Source of the DNA: Terriglobia bacterium
Lineage (GTDB): Bacteria > Acidobacteriota > Terriglobia > JAJPHL01 > JAPKYU01
Assembly (NCBI GenBank): GCA_965206645.1
Contig: CBDBKE010000002.1
Coordinates: 608,001-672,000, forward strand
Length of the DNA stretch: 64,000 nucleotides
Direction: 5' to 3'
In this document: positions 47,891 through 58,611 of the stretch, in pieces
Layout of the letters: every line of letters starts with the position of its first letter
Position numbering within the stretch: position 1 is the first letter of the stretch
The notes under the pieces: model-generated
The model's input: only the letters and a program-made list of their open reading frames with translations
What the model was told of the DNA's origin: nothing
Database searches by the model: none
Translations under genes and position numbers: made by a program

Positions 47891-49907
47891 TGGGCGATGG
47901 CTCCATAAATCGCTCGACTTCAGCAAATTCTCGAGTCGTACGGTAGTCTGCAAGACTCTCAAGGAAAATTGTACCGTAGTTCTTGGTCAGGATGCGCGTA
48001 TCCAGGATAGCCAGCAGGCCCCGGTCGGCGCGGCTTCGGATCAACCTGCCGAAGCCCTGTTTGAGCGCCAGGATAGCCTGAGGCACCTGATACTCCAGGA
48101 AGGGGTTGCCTCCCTCCTCCCCAATCAGGCGGAGACGCGCGGCTACCACCGGGTCGGTAGGCACCGCAAACGGCAGCCGGTCAATGACCACGCAGCTAAG
48201 CTGCTCGCCAGGCACGTCCACGCCCTGCCAGAAGCTAGCGGTGGCGAACAGCACCGGGTTCGCTTCACTGCGGAAGCGCTCCAGAAGGGCCGTGCGGGGT
48301 GCCTCACCCTGAACCAGCAGCGGATACTTCAGCCCGGTCGCCTGCAGCCGGGCTGCGGCACGCTGATAGATTTGGTGCATCTGCTGGTAGCTGGTGAACA
48401 GCACGAAGGCCCGACCGCGGGTGGCCTGCAGGATGCGGCAGACCTCCTGCGCCGCTCGCTCCAGAAATTCCGGCCGGCGCGGGTCAGGCAGTTCCGGCGG
48501 GATGTAGAGCAGAGCCTGACGGTGAAAGTCATAGTGCGACTCCAGCACCCTCTGGTGCGCGTAGCGGATTCCCAATCGCCGCGTAACGAACTCGAAGCTA
48601 CCGGCCACGGCCAGAGTGGCCGAGGTCAGAGCACAGGTCTCCACCTGCTCGAACAGGGCCGCGGAAAGGATGGGAGCCACGTCAATGGGGGTGGCCTGGA
48701 GGAAGGTGCCACGGCCGCGCCGCTCGATCCAATAGACGTAGCCAGGATCGTTCCCCTCCAGCAGGAACCTCAGCTCGCGGCGCAACTCGGCGGCCCGGCG
48801 GGCCAGGGCATGCACCTCTTCCGGCTTGTCGGGGAGTGCCGCCAGCGCCGATTCCAGTGCCTCCAGCGCGTCGGCCAGTCCGGCATGGGCGCTTTCGAGC
48901 TTCCCATCAGGGTCCGCGAACTCCTGGTGCAGGTCGAAAGCGAAGCGTCCTTGTTCTCCGGCCAGCAGCCCGAAGAGAACGGCGGCGCGCTCGCCCACAC
49001 GGTGAGCGGCACGGAACAGCTGCGGCGTGTGGCTCTCGTTTTCTGATGCAGCGCCTTCCTGCGCTGCTTTCAGCCGCAGCGTCTGCTCGCAGTCACGCAC
49101 CAGCTCTTCCAGGCGGTAGTTGCTGACGATGAGTCCGAAATATTGCGAGGCCACCTCCTCCAGTTCGTGGGCCTCATCGAAGATCACCGCGCGATAGTCC
49201 GGCAGGACGCCCAAGCCGGGCACCCGATTGGCCGCGGACGCCTTCAGGGCCAGGTCAGCGAAAAACAGGTGGTGGTTGACAATCAGCAGGTCGGACTCCA
49301 CGGCTCGCTGGTGCATCAGGGTGAGGAAGCAGCGCTCGAACTGGGGACACTTCTGGCCGGTGCAGGTCTCGCGACGCGCGTTCAAGTGAGGCCACAACTC
49401 GCTGGACTCGGGCAGCCACGCCAGTTCGGCGCGGTCGCCGGTTTCCGTGCGCGGTTCCCACTCGCGCAGCAGCGCCAGCTCTTCCCGCTGCCTCACCAGC
49501 TCGGCTGTCGCCGGAGCACTCAGCTCGTGGAGCTTTTGCCGGCACAAGTAGTTGTTGCGGCCCTTCATGTAGGAAACGCGCAACCGCCGGCCCAGGTGCC
49601 GCTCCAGAAATGGGATGTCCTGGTAGAAGAGCTGCTCCTGAAGGTTCTTGGTGCCAGTGGAAATCACCACCCGCCGGCCGCTGAGCAAGGCGGGAACCAG
49701 GTAGGCCAGAGTCTTTCCGGTGCCGGTGCCCGCTTCTACGAGCAAGTGGTGCTTCTCGCGGAAGGCAGCCTCAACCAGCTCCGCCATCTCCAGTTGGCCG
49801 GCGCGGAACTCGTAGCGGGGGTGGGCGCGCGCCAGCCATCCGTGGGGCGCGAAAAACTCGCGCATGCTGGAATCCCTAGACGCGCTGGCGCTGTGCGCTT
49901 CTTTCAT
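47883..49907 (-). CDS. DinG/YoaA-family Fe-S ATP-dependent DNA helicase
   Basis: EAGTGTGKT, KGR.NYLC, C...CP..C.F, DEAH, LFTSY, FWQGVD, QGFGRLIR. Confidence 0.95.
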   Translation of the reverse strand: MKEAHSASASRDSSMREFFAPHGWLARAHPRYEFRAGQLEMAELVEAAFREKHHLLVEAGTGTGKTLAYLVPALLSGRRVVISTGTKNLQEQLFYQDIPFLERHLGRRLRVSYMKGRNNYLCRQKLHELSAPATAELVRQREELALLREWEPRTETGDRAELAWLPESSELWPHLNARRETCTGQKCPQFERCFLTLMHQRAVESDLLIVNHHLFFADLALKASAANRVPGLGVLPDYRAVIFDEAHELEEVASQYFGLIVSNYRLEELVRDCEQTLRLKAAQEGAASENESHTPQLFRAAHRVGERAAVLFGLLAGEQGRFAFDLHQEFADPDGKLESAHAGLADALEALESALAALPDKPEEVHALARRAAELRRELRFLLEGNDPGYVYWIERRGRGTFLQATPIDVAPILSAALFEQVETCALTSATLAVAGSFEFVTRRLGIRYAHQRVLESHYDFHRQALLYIPPELPDPRRPEFLERAAQEVCRILQATRGRAFVLFTSYQQMHQIYQRAAARLQATGLKYPLLVQGEAPRTALLERFRSEANPVLFATASFWQGVDVPGEQLSCVVIDRLPFAVPTDPVVAARLRLIGEEGGNPFLEYQVPQAILALKQGFGRLIRSRADRGLLAILDTRILTKNYGTIFLESLADYRTTREFAEVERFMEPSPNV

Positions 49908-49963
49908 GAGCAAGAAACTCCAGGCATGAGCAAGAAACTTCAGGCATGAGCGAAAATTTCGGG
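49905..49963. repeat. 20-bp tandem repeat (about 3 copies) at the helicase start, in the divergent helicase/der spacer
   Basis: CATGAGCAAGAAACTCCAGG, CATGAGCAAGAAACTTCAGG, CATGAGCGAAAATTTCGGG. Confidence 0.85.
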
Positions 49964-50011
49964 CATGCTCGCCTGTCCGCTCTTAAAGCATAATGAATTG
50001 GACGGCCAACA

Positions 50012-51445
50012 ATGCGGGCAGATATGGAGGATAGCACGGAGAGAGTGCAACGTGGCACGGCGTCAGGCAACGCCAGGTTGCCGCAACTCCCTTTGATCGC
50101 CATCGTCGGCCGGCCCAACGTCGGGAAGTCCACTCTGTTCAACCGCATCACCGGGACCCGACGAGCTATCGTGGGCAACGAACCGGGCATCACCCGCGAC
50201 CGCATCTACGCAGAGGCTCAGTGGGGGCGCACGGCGTTCCAGGTGGTGGACACGGGCGGCATGCTGCCTGGGGACCGCGAGCTGATACCTCGTCAAATCC
50301 TCAAGCACGCCGAGCTGGCCATTCGGGAAGCAGCTCAAGTGATGTTGGTGGTGGACGGCCGGGCAGAAATTACCGGCAGCGACCGGGAACTGGCCCGACT
50401 GCTGCTGCGCACCGGCAAGCCGCTGGCGCTGGCGGTGAACAAAGTGGACACGCCGCGCCTGGAAGCGCGGATGCAGGAGTGGTACGCCCTGGGCATCGGC
50501 CGGCTGTTCTTCGTTTCAGCCGAACACGGGACCGGAGTGGCGGAGCTGCTGGACGAAGTGGCGAGTGATTTGCCCTCCGGCCCCGCCGAGACTACGGCCA
50601 AGCCCGAGGAAGCGAGAGAAATTCGGGTGGCAATTATTGGTAAGCCCAACGTCGGCAAGTCCACGCTGCTGAACTTCATCGCCGGGGAGGAGCGCGCCAT
50701 GGTGACCCCGCTGCCCGGAACGACACGCGATGCAGTAGATCTGCTGGTGGAATCGCCGCTGGCCGGGCGGCTGCGCGTGGTGGACACCGCCGGCATCCGC
50801 CGCAAGAGCAAAACCAACCTGATGGCGGAAAAGCTGAGCGTGATGATGGCGCAGCGCCACATTCGCCTCTGCGACATTGCCCTGCTGCTGGTGGATGCCA
50901 CCGAAGGGGCCACCGCCATGGACGGGACTATCGCCCGCTACGCCCATGATCATGGCAAAGGACTGATCGTGGTCTTGAACAAGTGGGACTTGGTCAAAGA
51001 CAAGCTCCACAAGGCTGGCCTGCTGGCCGACACCGTGCGCCGCGCGATGGAGTTCGTGGACTACGCTCCCATGCAATTTCTCTCAGCCGCCAGCGGGTGG
51101 AATCTGGAGAAATTGCTCGAACGCATTCGACAGGTGGACCGGTCGCGCTCGCAGCGCATGCCAACTGCGGAGCTGAACCAGTTGTTTCAGAGCCTGGACC
51201 TGGAACGAGCTCCAGTCCCGGCGGCAAAGAAGATAAAAATCTTCTACCTTACTCAGGCGGGGATACGCCCACCAACGTTCGTGCTGTTTACCGACCGCGC
51301 GGGAAAAATGCACCCTGCTTTTGAGCGCTTCCTGGAACACCAGATCCGGCGGCGGTTCGGCTTTGCCGGAACGCCCATCCTGCTCCGGACCCGAGCGCGG
51401 AGAAAGCGCCGTGCAGCCGCCGGGAGCAAACGCTCAAGAGGGTAA
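50012..51445 (+). CDS. der: Ribosome biogenesis GTPase Der (start may be slightly downstream)
   Basis: Two G domains (GRPNVGKS/DTGG/NKVD and GKPNVGKS/DTAG/NKWD); KH-like tail PP.FV.F...F.GTP. Confidence 0.97.
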   Translation: MRADMEDSTERVQRGTASGNARLPQLPLIAIVGRPNVGKSTLFNRITGTRRAIVGNEPGITRDRIYAEAQWGRTAFQVVDTGGMLPGDRELIPRQILKHAELAIREAAQVMLVVDGRAEITGSDRELARLLLRTGKPLALAVNKVDTPRLEARMQEWYALGIGRLFFVSAEHGTGVAELLDEVASDLPSGPAETTAKPEEAREIRVAIIGKPNVGKSTLLNFIAGEERAMVTPLPGTTRDAVDLLVESPLAGRLRVVDTAGIRRKSKTNLMAEKLSVMMAQRHIRLCDIALLLVDATEGATAMDGTIARYAHDHGKGLIVVLNKWDLVKDKLHKAGLLADTVRRAMEFVDYAPMQFLSAASGWNLEKLLERIRQVDRSRSQRMPTAELNQLFQSLDLERAPVPAAKKIKIFYLTQAGIRPPTFVLFTDRAGKMHPAFERFLEHQIRRRFGFAGTPILLRTRARRKRRAAAGSKRSRG

Positions 51446-51542
51446 CGTCGTCTCGAACCCACCCTTCGGTGAACCTGCCCTTTTGATATCTCGAATAGCC
51501 TCCAGGCACCGCTCTCACCGACCTGGAGTGGTAAACCCTGCG

Positions 51543-51731
51543 CTAAAGCACGCGGCGGGACACACTCTTCCCGCACTCGGGACAGCAATGCGCTTCTTCG
51601 ATCAGCCCGCCCAACGCCGGATCCACCTGCACAGCCTCCTCGGGGCTGATCGGGTCTATTAGCTTGTCGGAGTGATGATTCATTTCAATTCCGCACTCGG
51701 GGCAAATCATTTTGGCCGTGCCTGCTGACAT
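51543..51731 (-). CDS. Small zinc-ribbon protein
   Basis: CPECG..MNHH...HCCPECG; GGAGGAGGG RBS. Confidence 0.75.
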   Translation of the reverse strand: MSAGTAKMICPECGIEMNHHSDKLIDPISPEEAVQVDPALGGLIEEAHCCPECGKSVSRRVL

Positions 51732-51750
51732 CGGTTCCCTCCTCCCTGCT

Positions 51751-52320
51751 TCAGTCCAGGGAAATATTCTCGCGACCGTACCGCAACGTCTTGGCCATCC
51801 AGACTAGTTCTTTCAGGAATTTGTCAGTGCGCCGCAGGAAGGCCTGGTCTAAGAGTTGCCCGGACTCATCGAAAAGCTTGCTCACATTCCCAAAGTTGAC
51901 ATCCCAGAAGATGGCCACCAGGCCCAGTTCGCGAAACACCGGCAGAAAGTTCTCGATGACGCGAGTGCCGCCGAACGGACCTGCCGATACACCCGCGACG
52001 CCGACGGCTTTGTGGATGTATTCCCTGAGGCAACTGTCCAGCACATGCTTGAGCAGGCCGGGAAAACTGTGGTTGTACTCCGGCGTCACAATCACCAGAG
52101 CGTCGGCAGCGTTCACCTTGGCCGAAAAGGCGGCGTCTTTGATCGCTTCGCCGGCGTCATCCACCGGCATCGGAAGTTGGGCTAGGTCAACAAGCTCCGC
52201 AACCAGTCCCTCCCGCTTGTTGATCTGTTCCACCAGAAACCTAGCAGCATTCGCACTGGCCCGCCCCTTCCGGGCGGTTCCCAGGATGACTGGTATATTG
52301 AGAGGTCGTTCGCTGGCCAT
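51751..52320 (-). CDS. NADPH-dependent FMN reductase
   Basis: GT.R.GR.S, VTPEYNHS.PG.LK..LD, S.G..GG.R. Confidence 0.92.
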   Translation of the reverse strand: MASERPLNIPVILGTARKGRASANAARFLVEQINKREGLVAELVDLAQLPMPVDDAGEAIKDAAFSAKVNAADALVIVTPEYNHSFPGLLKHVLDSCLREYIHKAVGVAGVSAGPFGGTRVIENFLPVFRELGLVAIFWDVNFGNVSKLFDESGQLLDQAFLRRTDKFLKELVWMAKTLRYGRENISLD

Positions 52321-52343
52321 GGCTTTGCCTCCTTGAGTGAAGG

Positions 52344-53450
52344 TCAGGGCAGGGGGGCCACCTCGCAGAATACTTTGATCGCGCCTTTGGTCTCAGTCAG
52401 AGTTTTCATGAGCTCGGCGTAATTCTCCAGGCCCTTGATCGGGTGTGTCAGCAGCTTTGCGAGCCAGCCCGGATACGCGAGCTCCGCCTGGGCCAGGTCC
52501 TGTATACCGCGCTCAAAGTCGGCCCGGCTGGCATTCACACTGCCGAAGGCCACCTTGTTCCCCAGCACGAAGCCCTGGTTGATTTGGTCGGCAGGAATTT
52601 CCAGTTTCCGATTACCGCCGGTCACACTGACCATAGCCAGCACCCCATTCTTTCCCAGCGCCTCCATGGCCTCAAACACTAGCGGGGAAAACCCAGTTCC
52701 TTCGAAGATGAAATCGAATGGGCCGAACTGCTCGGACGCCCGCTTCAAGGACTTATCCTTCGTGCTGATGTAGTGCACGCCGATCTCTTCCAGCAACTCT
52801 GAATTCAGGAATGGTGGCTGTCTGAGTGCCAGAGCCACTGCTTCCAAGCCCCGCAACCGGAGAAACAAAGCGGTTAGCAATCCCAACGTTCCAGAGCCTA
52901 GGACGGCCGCACGACGCGGTCGCCAGACCCGGAGCCGCCGCTGGATTTCGTACGCTTGCCCGATCGCCTTCTCCGCGATGCTGGTCGGCTCCAACAGCAC
53001 GGCCACCGGCTTCAGTCTTTCCGGCACCTGGACCAGGAACTCGGCCGAGTCCGCAAAATACTCGGCCAGGTATCCGTGGCGAAGGTTAATACCGCGCTCG
53101 AAGTAGGTGTCATCGGTGGTCATGTCCTGCAAGCCGATCCGGTCGTAGAGGCTTGAACCGGGCCGCCGAACGGAGGGGACCACGTAATCCCCGGGCTTGA
53201 ACTCCCCCACATTGGCGCCGACAGCTTCCACCTGCCCGAAGCTTTCATGCCCCAGAATGAGGTAGTCGTCGCCGGTCGGCGGCGCGCCATACTCAGCAGC
53301 ATTGATTTCTTTGTCGGTGCCGTCCACCCCTACGCGCAGGACCTTCACCAGAACGCCGCGGCCGTCAGGAACCTCCTCCACCATGGGCTTGGGTGCGTCC
53401 CGCAGATGAATGCTATTGGGCTTGCCGGGAATGACTGCAACCGCTTTCAT
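52344..53450 (-). CDS. Zinc-type (MDR) glucose 1-dehydrogenase
   Basis: GVDGTD.EI, LGHES.G, VRRP, ERGI...HG, GSVNA; archaeal-type GDH signature. Confidence 0.88.
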   Translation of the reverse strand: MKAVAVIPGKPNSIHLRDAPKPMVEEVPDGRGVLVKVLRVGVDGTDKEINAAEYGAPPTGDDYLILGHESFGQVEAVGANVGEFKPGDYVVPSVRRPGSSLYDRIGLQDMTTDDTYFERGINLRHGYLAEYFADSAEFLVQVPERLKPVAVLLEPTSIAEKAIGQAYEIQRRLRVWRPRRAAVLGSGTLGLLTALFLRLRGLEAVALALRQPPFLNSELLEEIGVHYISTKDKSLKRASEQFGPFDFIFEGTGFSPLVFEAMEALGKNGVLAMVSVTGGNRKLEIPADQINQGFVLGNKVAFGSVNASRADFERGIQDLAQAELAYPGWLAKLLTHPIKGLENYAELMKTLTETKGAIKVFCEVAPLP

Positions 53451-53577
53451 GTGTTTTCTCCTTCTGTTCAAACGAGTGGAAATCGCAACCCCTTTTCGCG
53501 TCGCGTGGGCTTATGCACTTCAATGAGCTTTTCCACAAACAACGGCCCCGAGCGGAACACACTAGTGGAACAAAAGA

Positions 53578-54608
53578 TCACTGCTCGACTACTTGCATCA
53601 CGTGCCCGTCCAGGTCGCGCACCAGAAAACCCTTCCGGAACCCAAGCTCTCCTTTGGGCAAGGACACCTGCCCGGAGGAAACGAACGCAAATCGCCCGTT
53701 TCGAAGCGCCCTCGACGCCTGTTCGATATCTCCGGTAACAAGACGCGTCTGCCAGTGCATCAAGTCATTGGCACGTGCGTCCAAGGGCATGGGGCGGCCG
53801 TCCCGTGGGGAGAGATACTCCAGGAACTCAATGCCAGGCCCGCTGGCCACGCGCAACCCGGTGATGCGAAGCCGTGCGCCGAACACCTGGTTCAGGCGCT
53901 CCTGCTCCGGACCGTAGTTCTTGCTTTCCCCAACGACCTTGAAGCCCAGCACGTCGCGGTAAAAGCGAAGGCTGGCATCGGTGTTCCTCACCGCTATGGC
54001 CGTATGGTCGATTCCCAGGAACAACTTCTTGGTCGGACGATGCCACTTGGCGGCCCCCGTGTCGGGAGGAAACTGGAGAATTTCCAGCGGGTGGTCATCC
54101 GGGTCGCGAAAGTAGAAGGCACGAATGCCTCCCGCATTCGGATTCCATTCCGGGAGGCGTTGCGGGCAGGTGAAACATGCTCCACGCGGTTTTCTCGCAG
54201 CCAATGGTAGGCGCGGTCCATGTCCCTGACGATGATGGCGATGTGCTGAAACCAGCGGTCATTGCTGCGTGAATCCACCGGGATGGGACGCCCCTTGGGT
54301 GTGAGATACTCGGTCAGCTCAATGTGCTCGTCTCCCAGCTGCAGGCGCGCAATTCGCATCCGAAGGCCAAATACACCTTGGAGGCGATCGTACTCGCTGC
54401 CCGAGACTTCGACCTCGCTGACCTTTTCAAAAGACAAGACCTGCGAATAGAACTCGACGGAGCGGTCCAGATTGGAAACCGTCATGCCGACGGAGTCAAC
54501 GACTGTGATGGTTGCAGGCGGCGCAGTCTGCTGTGCCTCTGCCGCGGCGACGCCAAGCAGGAAAAAAAGCAGCAGCCACAACCGAAGCGTTCCAGCTTGC
54601 TTCCTCAC
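53578..54608 (-). pseudogene. Secreted two-domain VOC/glyoxalase-family protein split by a 1-bp frameshift
   Basis: N-half (signal peptide, GMTVS.LDRS, FQHIAI.V) and C-half (PQRLPEWN..AGGI.AFYF.DPD.H.LE, GIDHTAI) join if one base is added near 54165. Confidence 0.82.
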
Positions 54609-54715
54609 GTCCTACTTGAGCCTTTCATTCATACGATGGCATACGATGGGCCGCCGCAAATGCTCCTCGGTCGATCGCCATCGTACCGGCATGAGCTCCG
54701 ACAAAACTGCTGCGT

Positions 54716-55105
54716 TCACCAGCCCAGTAAATTCGTAAGGGTCCAGTCTCCAGGTCCCGATAGCGCGATCGTGAGCGACATCACCAGGAGCAGGAGATTA
54801 AAATCCCATCCGGCCGTCTTCCCTGTGTGAAAGGGAACCTTCCACTTAAGGGCAAAGCCAGTCGCTCCAGCCATCAGCAGGACGAGTCCCCACCCAGCCC
54901 ACTGGGCCATGATTCCCGTGAGCATTCCGAGCGACCCCAGAAATTCTCCGAGCGCGGTGAGGACAGTCCCGGGGAGGCCACCAGGCAGTTCCTTGGCGTA
55001 CTTCTTGAGATCCACGAGCTTGGTCCAACCTTCGTAGACGAAAACCAGGAACAAAGCCACCCGAAGCGAGAAGAGTGCAAGATCCGGATGCATTGGCAGC
55101 GACAT
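54716..55105 (-). CDS. DoxX-family membrane protein
   Basis: LRV.L..VF...G..K, EFLG.LG, GWDFN, GPG.W.L. Confidence 0.85.
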   Translation of the reverse strand: MSLPMHPDLALFSLRVALFLVFVYEGWTKLVDLKKYAKELPGGLPGTVLTALGEFLGSLGMLTGIMAQWAGWGLVLLMAGATGFALKWKVPFHTGKTAGWDFNLLLLVMSLTIALSGPGDWTLTNLLGW

Positions 55106-55157
55106 CGTTCAGGCTCCTTCACTGGAAGGCCGAATCCTCGCGGGCTCGGATCGGGCC

Positions 55158-56729
55158 TCATTTCAGCCTTTCCTTCAGGTGCTTGCCCACTCGCAGAGCG
55201 TTGGCGATGATCGTCAGTGCCGGATTGACCGCGCCGCTCGAAGGGAAGATGCTCCCGTCGACCACGTAGAGATTGTCGACATCGTGAGCCTTGCAGTCGG
55301 GATCCAGCACCGACGCCTTCGGATCACGCCCGAAGCGGATGGTCCCGTTCTGGTGTGCCACGCCCGCCAGCGGAATACGCTGGCCGATGAACAGGTTGCG
55401 CGCAAACAAACCGACGTGGCACTTGTGGCCGTGCTCGGGACACTTGGTCTGCTGCTGCATCACGTTCTCGAGCTTCTTCACCAGGCGCTTGTACGCCTCG
55501 AGGTTGTTGGGCGTATAGGTCAGCACGATCTCGCCTGCGCGATTGAGCGTGACGCGGTTGTCCGGGTCGGGCAGGTCCTCCGCCGTCAGCCAGAAGTCAA
55601 GCGAATGCTTGCCCATGAGGTCCAGCGTGAAGCCGGGGGCGATGGCGGGCGCGCCAGCCGAGAGCGTCACCCCATCGAGCTTCCCCACGAACGAGATGTG
55701 ACCCATGGGGTGGTTCCATTCTTTGGAGCCGAAATAGAAGTCGTTGACGGCCAGCGTCTTCTGGGAAACCGTCGGATTGGGGCAGCGGGAAATCGCCAGC
55801 ACCACACCGTTCGTGTGCCCCATGTAGAAACGGCCCACCGCATCAGAGCTGTTGGCCAGCCCCTGCGGATGGTTGTCGTTCGCCGAGCGCAGGAGCAGAG
55901 CGGCGGAGTTGACGGCCCCGCAGGAGACAACCACGATGTTGGCGGCGTATTCCTCGCGCGCACCGTTGTGTTTGACGACCACCTTGGTGACCTCTCGCCC
56001 CGAAGGGCTGGTCTCCAGGCGCTCCACGTAGGCGTTGGTTATCAGCGAAACGTTGGGCTGCTCGACCGCCGGGTCTACGCAGACGAGCTGGGTGTCCGCC
56101 TTGGCGTGAACCAAACAGGGATGGCCGTCGCAGGTGTCGCAGCGGATGCATCGGCTTGTACGCGGGTTCTTCTCATCGAGCATGATGCCAAGCGGCACAT
56201 GGAAGGGCTTGAGGCCGGCGCGTGCGAAATCGTCGATCAACTGCTGGATACGCGGCTCATGGCTGACAGGGGGAAAGGGATAGGGCTCGCTGGCGGGCGG
56301 CTCGGTGGGGTCGACACCTCGCTCGCCGTGCACCTGATAGAGCTGCTCCGCTTTGGTGTAGTAGGACTCCAAGTCTTGGTAGCTGATGGGCCAGGCGGGT
56401 GAGAGGCCGCCGTCGTGCTTGATTTCGCCGAAGTCTTCCTTGCGCAAGCGAAACAGGGCGGCGCCATAGACCTTGGTGTTGCCGCCGACATAGTAGTTCG
56501 TGTGCGGGTGCAGCGGTTTGCCGTCCTTATCGCGCCACACTTCCTTGGTGTGGTATTTGCCTTCGAGGTTGACGGCACGGGTGCTCCAGTTGTCCTTCTC
56601 GCGGGGGACGTAGTCCCCGCGCTCGATAATGAGGATGCGCTTGCCGGTGGGCGCCAGAGCGTAGGCGAGTGTTCCACCGCCCGCACCGGAGCCGATGATG
56701 ATTACATCGTAGCGGTTTCCCTGAGACAT
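55158..56729 (-). CDS. GMC-family FAD oxidoreductase with Cys cluster (possible Fe-S)
   Basis: GSGAGG, VGGNTK.YGA, CIRCDTCDGHPC, HQNGT.RFG, NLYVVD.S.FPS...NP.LT. Confidence 0.92.
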   Translation of the reverse strand: MSQGNRYDVIIIGSGAGGGTLAYALAPTGKRILIIERGDYVPREKDNWSTRAVNLEGKYHTKEVWRDKDGKPLHPHTNYYVGGNTKVYGAALFRLRKEDFGEIKHDGGLSPAWPISYQDLESYYTKAEQLYQVHGERGVDPTEPPASEPYPFPPVSHEPRIQQLIDDFARAGLKPFHVPLGIMLDEKNPRTSRCIRCDTCDGHPCLVHAKADTQLVCVDPAVEQPNVSLITNAYVERLETSPSGREVTKVVVKHNGAREEYAANIVVVSCGAVNSAALLLRSANDNHPQGLANSSDAVGRFYMGHTNGVVLAISRCPNPTVSQKTLAVNDFYFGSKEWNHPMGHISFVGKLDGVTLSAGAPAIAPGFTLDLMGKHSLDFWLTAEDLPDPDNRVTLNRAGEIVLTYTPNNLEAYKRLVKKLENVMQQQTKCPEHGHKCHVGLFARNLFIGQRIPLAGVAHQNGTIRFGRDPKASVLDPDCKAHDVDNLYVVDGSIFPSSGAVNPALTIIANALRVGKHLKERLK

Positions 56730-58347
56730 GGAGTCTCCCTTCTCTTCAGATCGAACTTGTCGCTGCATCCTATGTCATCTTACTGATCCTGGCTGATTCC
56801 GGGTGGTTAGCCTCGGGCTCCGAGCGCCCGGTCAAGATTGTAGGCTGCGCTGATCAACGCCAGGTGAGTGAACGCCTGTGGGAAATTTCCCAACGCCTCG
56901 CCACTGTGTCCAGTTTCCTCGGCATAGAGCCCCACATGGTTGGCGTAGCCCAGCATCTTTTCAAACATCAGCCGCGCCTCTTCCAGTCGCGCCGGATTGT
57001 TCCGCGCGGCGCGGGTCATTGCTTCGACCAGCCAAAACGTGCAGATGTTAAACGTCCCCTCTTCTCCCGCCAGGCCATCACGGGTCTCCTCGACGTTGTA
57101 GCGATAGACGAGGCTGTTGGAGACCAACCCGCCTTTGGCCGGCGACCGGTTGGTGGCGTCCAGCGTTTTCAGCATCCGGGGATCGGTCGGCAACATGAAG
57201 AAGACCAGCGGCATGATCAGGTTGGCCGCATCCAGGGATTCGCTGCCGTAATGCTGCACGAACGCCTCGCGCTTTGCATTCCAGCCCTTGGACAGAATCT
57301 GTTCGTAGATTTGATCCCGAACCTTCGTCCAGCGGTTGCGATCGGCCGGGAAGGAGCGTTTATCGGCCAAGCGCAAACCCCGGTCCAGAGCCACCCAGCA
57401 CATCAGCTTCGAATAAAGGAAGTGCTGCTGCCCGCCCCGCACTTCCCAAATGCCTTCGTCTTTTCGGCGCCAGTTGTCACAGACCCAATTCAGCAGCCGC
57501 CGCAGGTCGGTCCACAGATCATAGGAGATGGGGCTGCCGTACTTGTTGTACAGGTAGACCGAGTCCATCAGCTCGCCGTAAATGTCCAGTTGCAGCTGGT
57601 TGTAGGCGCCGTTGCCAACCCGCACCGGACGCGACTGCTTGTACCCCTCCAGATGCTTCATGGTCTTCTCGGTCAATTTGTGACGCCCGTCGATGCCGTA
57701 CATGATTTGCAGCGACCCATCCGGGTTCAACTCCCGAACGCGGGCGCTGAGCCACTCCATGAACTTGGCCGCCTCTTCGGTGAAACCAATTCGCAGGAAC
57801 CCGTAGAGGGTAAAGGCAGCGTCGCGAATCCAGGTATAGCGGTAGTCCCAGTTGCGTTCGCCCCCCACGCCTTCCGGCAAGCTACAGGTGGGCGCGGCCA
57901 CGATGGCCCCGGAAGGTTGGTAGGTCAGCAGCTTCAGAGCCAGTGCAGAGCGCTCCACCATCTCCCGCCACCGCCCCTTGTAAGTACACTTCGAAAGCCA
58001 GCGACGCCAGTATTCGACCGTTTTCCTGAACAGATCCTCAGCTTCCTTGTCAGCCAGCGAGATGCCGCATCCGGCCCCATTCGCCATCTCCCGCAGCACA
58101 AAAACCGCCGTCTGATCCTCATGGAGCGTGAACTCGGCGCTGACCCCCGTGCCGTTTCGCTTCAAGCGGACACGCGTCGCCAACCCAAGGCTGATCCCGC
58201 ATGAGCGGAAGCAAGCGCCGCCGGCACTGATTTTTGTGGTGTGCTTGTCTCGCGCGTAGTTGAATGCTGGCTGGCAGTGACCTGCCTGGCGATTTCCGGA
58301 CCAGCTGAGGCCTGAGAGAATGGCGCCCTCGGAGAAACGAGGGAGCC

Positions 58348-58611
58348 ATGAAGAAGACCCGGTTTACCGAAGAGCAGATGGTGACGATCCTCCGCGAGGC
58401 CGATCAGCGGCCCGTTCCGGAGGTGGCCAAAAAGAACGGCGTCAGCGCCCAGACGCTCTACGCCTGGCGGAAACACTTCGGCACGTTGGAGCCCGCCGAT
58501 GTGAAGCGGCTGCGGCAGCTCGAGCAGGAGAACGGCCGGCTGAAAAAGATGGTGGCCGATCGAGATCTGGAGATCGACGTGCTCAAGGAGATCACCCGAA
58601 AAAAATGGTAG
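58348..58611 (+). CDS. IS3 OrfA
   Basis: MKK.RFTEEQ.V.IL...TLY.WRK.FG...LEQENGRLK; A7 slippery run at 58599-58605. Confidence 0.93.
   Translation: MKKTRFTEEQMVTILREADQRPVPEVAKKNGVSAQTLYAWRKHFGTLEPADVKRLRQLEQENGRLKKMVADRDLEIDVLKEITRKKW

Noticed and set aside
49905-49963. Short direct-repeat arrays (also 15585, 28929, 37099) as mini-CRISPRs
   Set aside because: Units are head-to-tail with no unique spacers, are only 12-20 bp long, and no cas genes are present.
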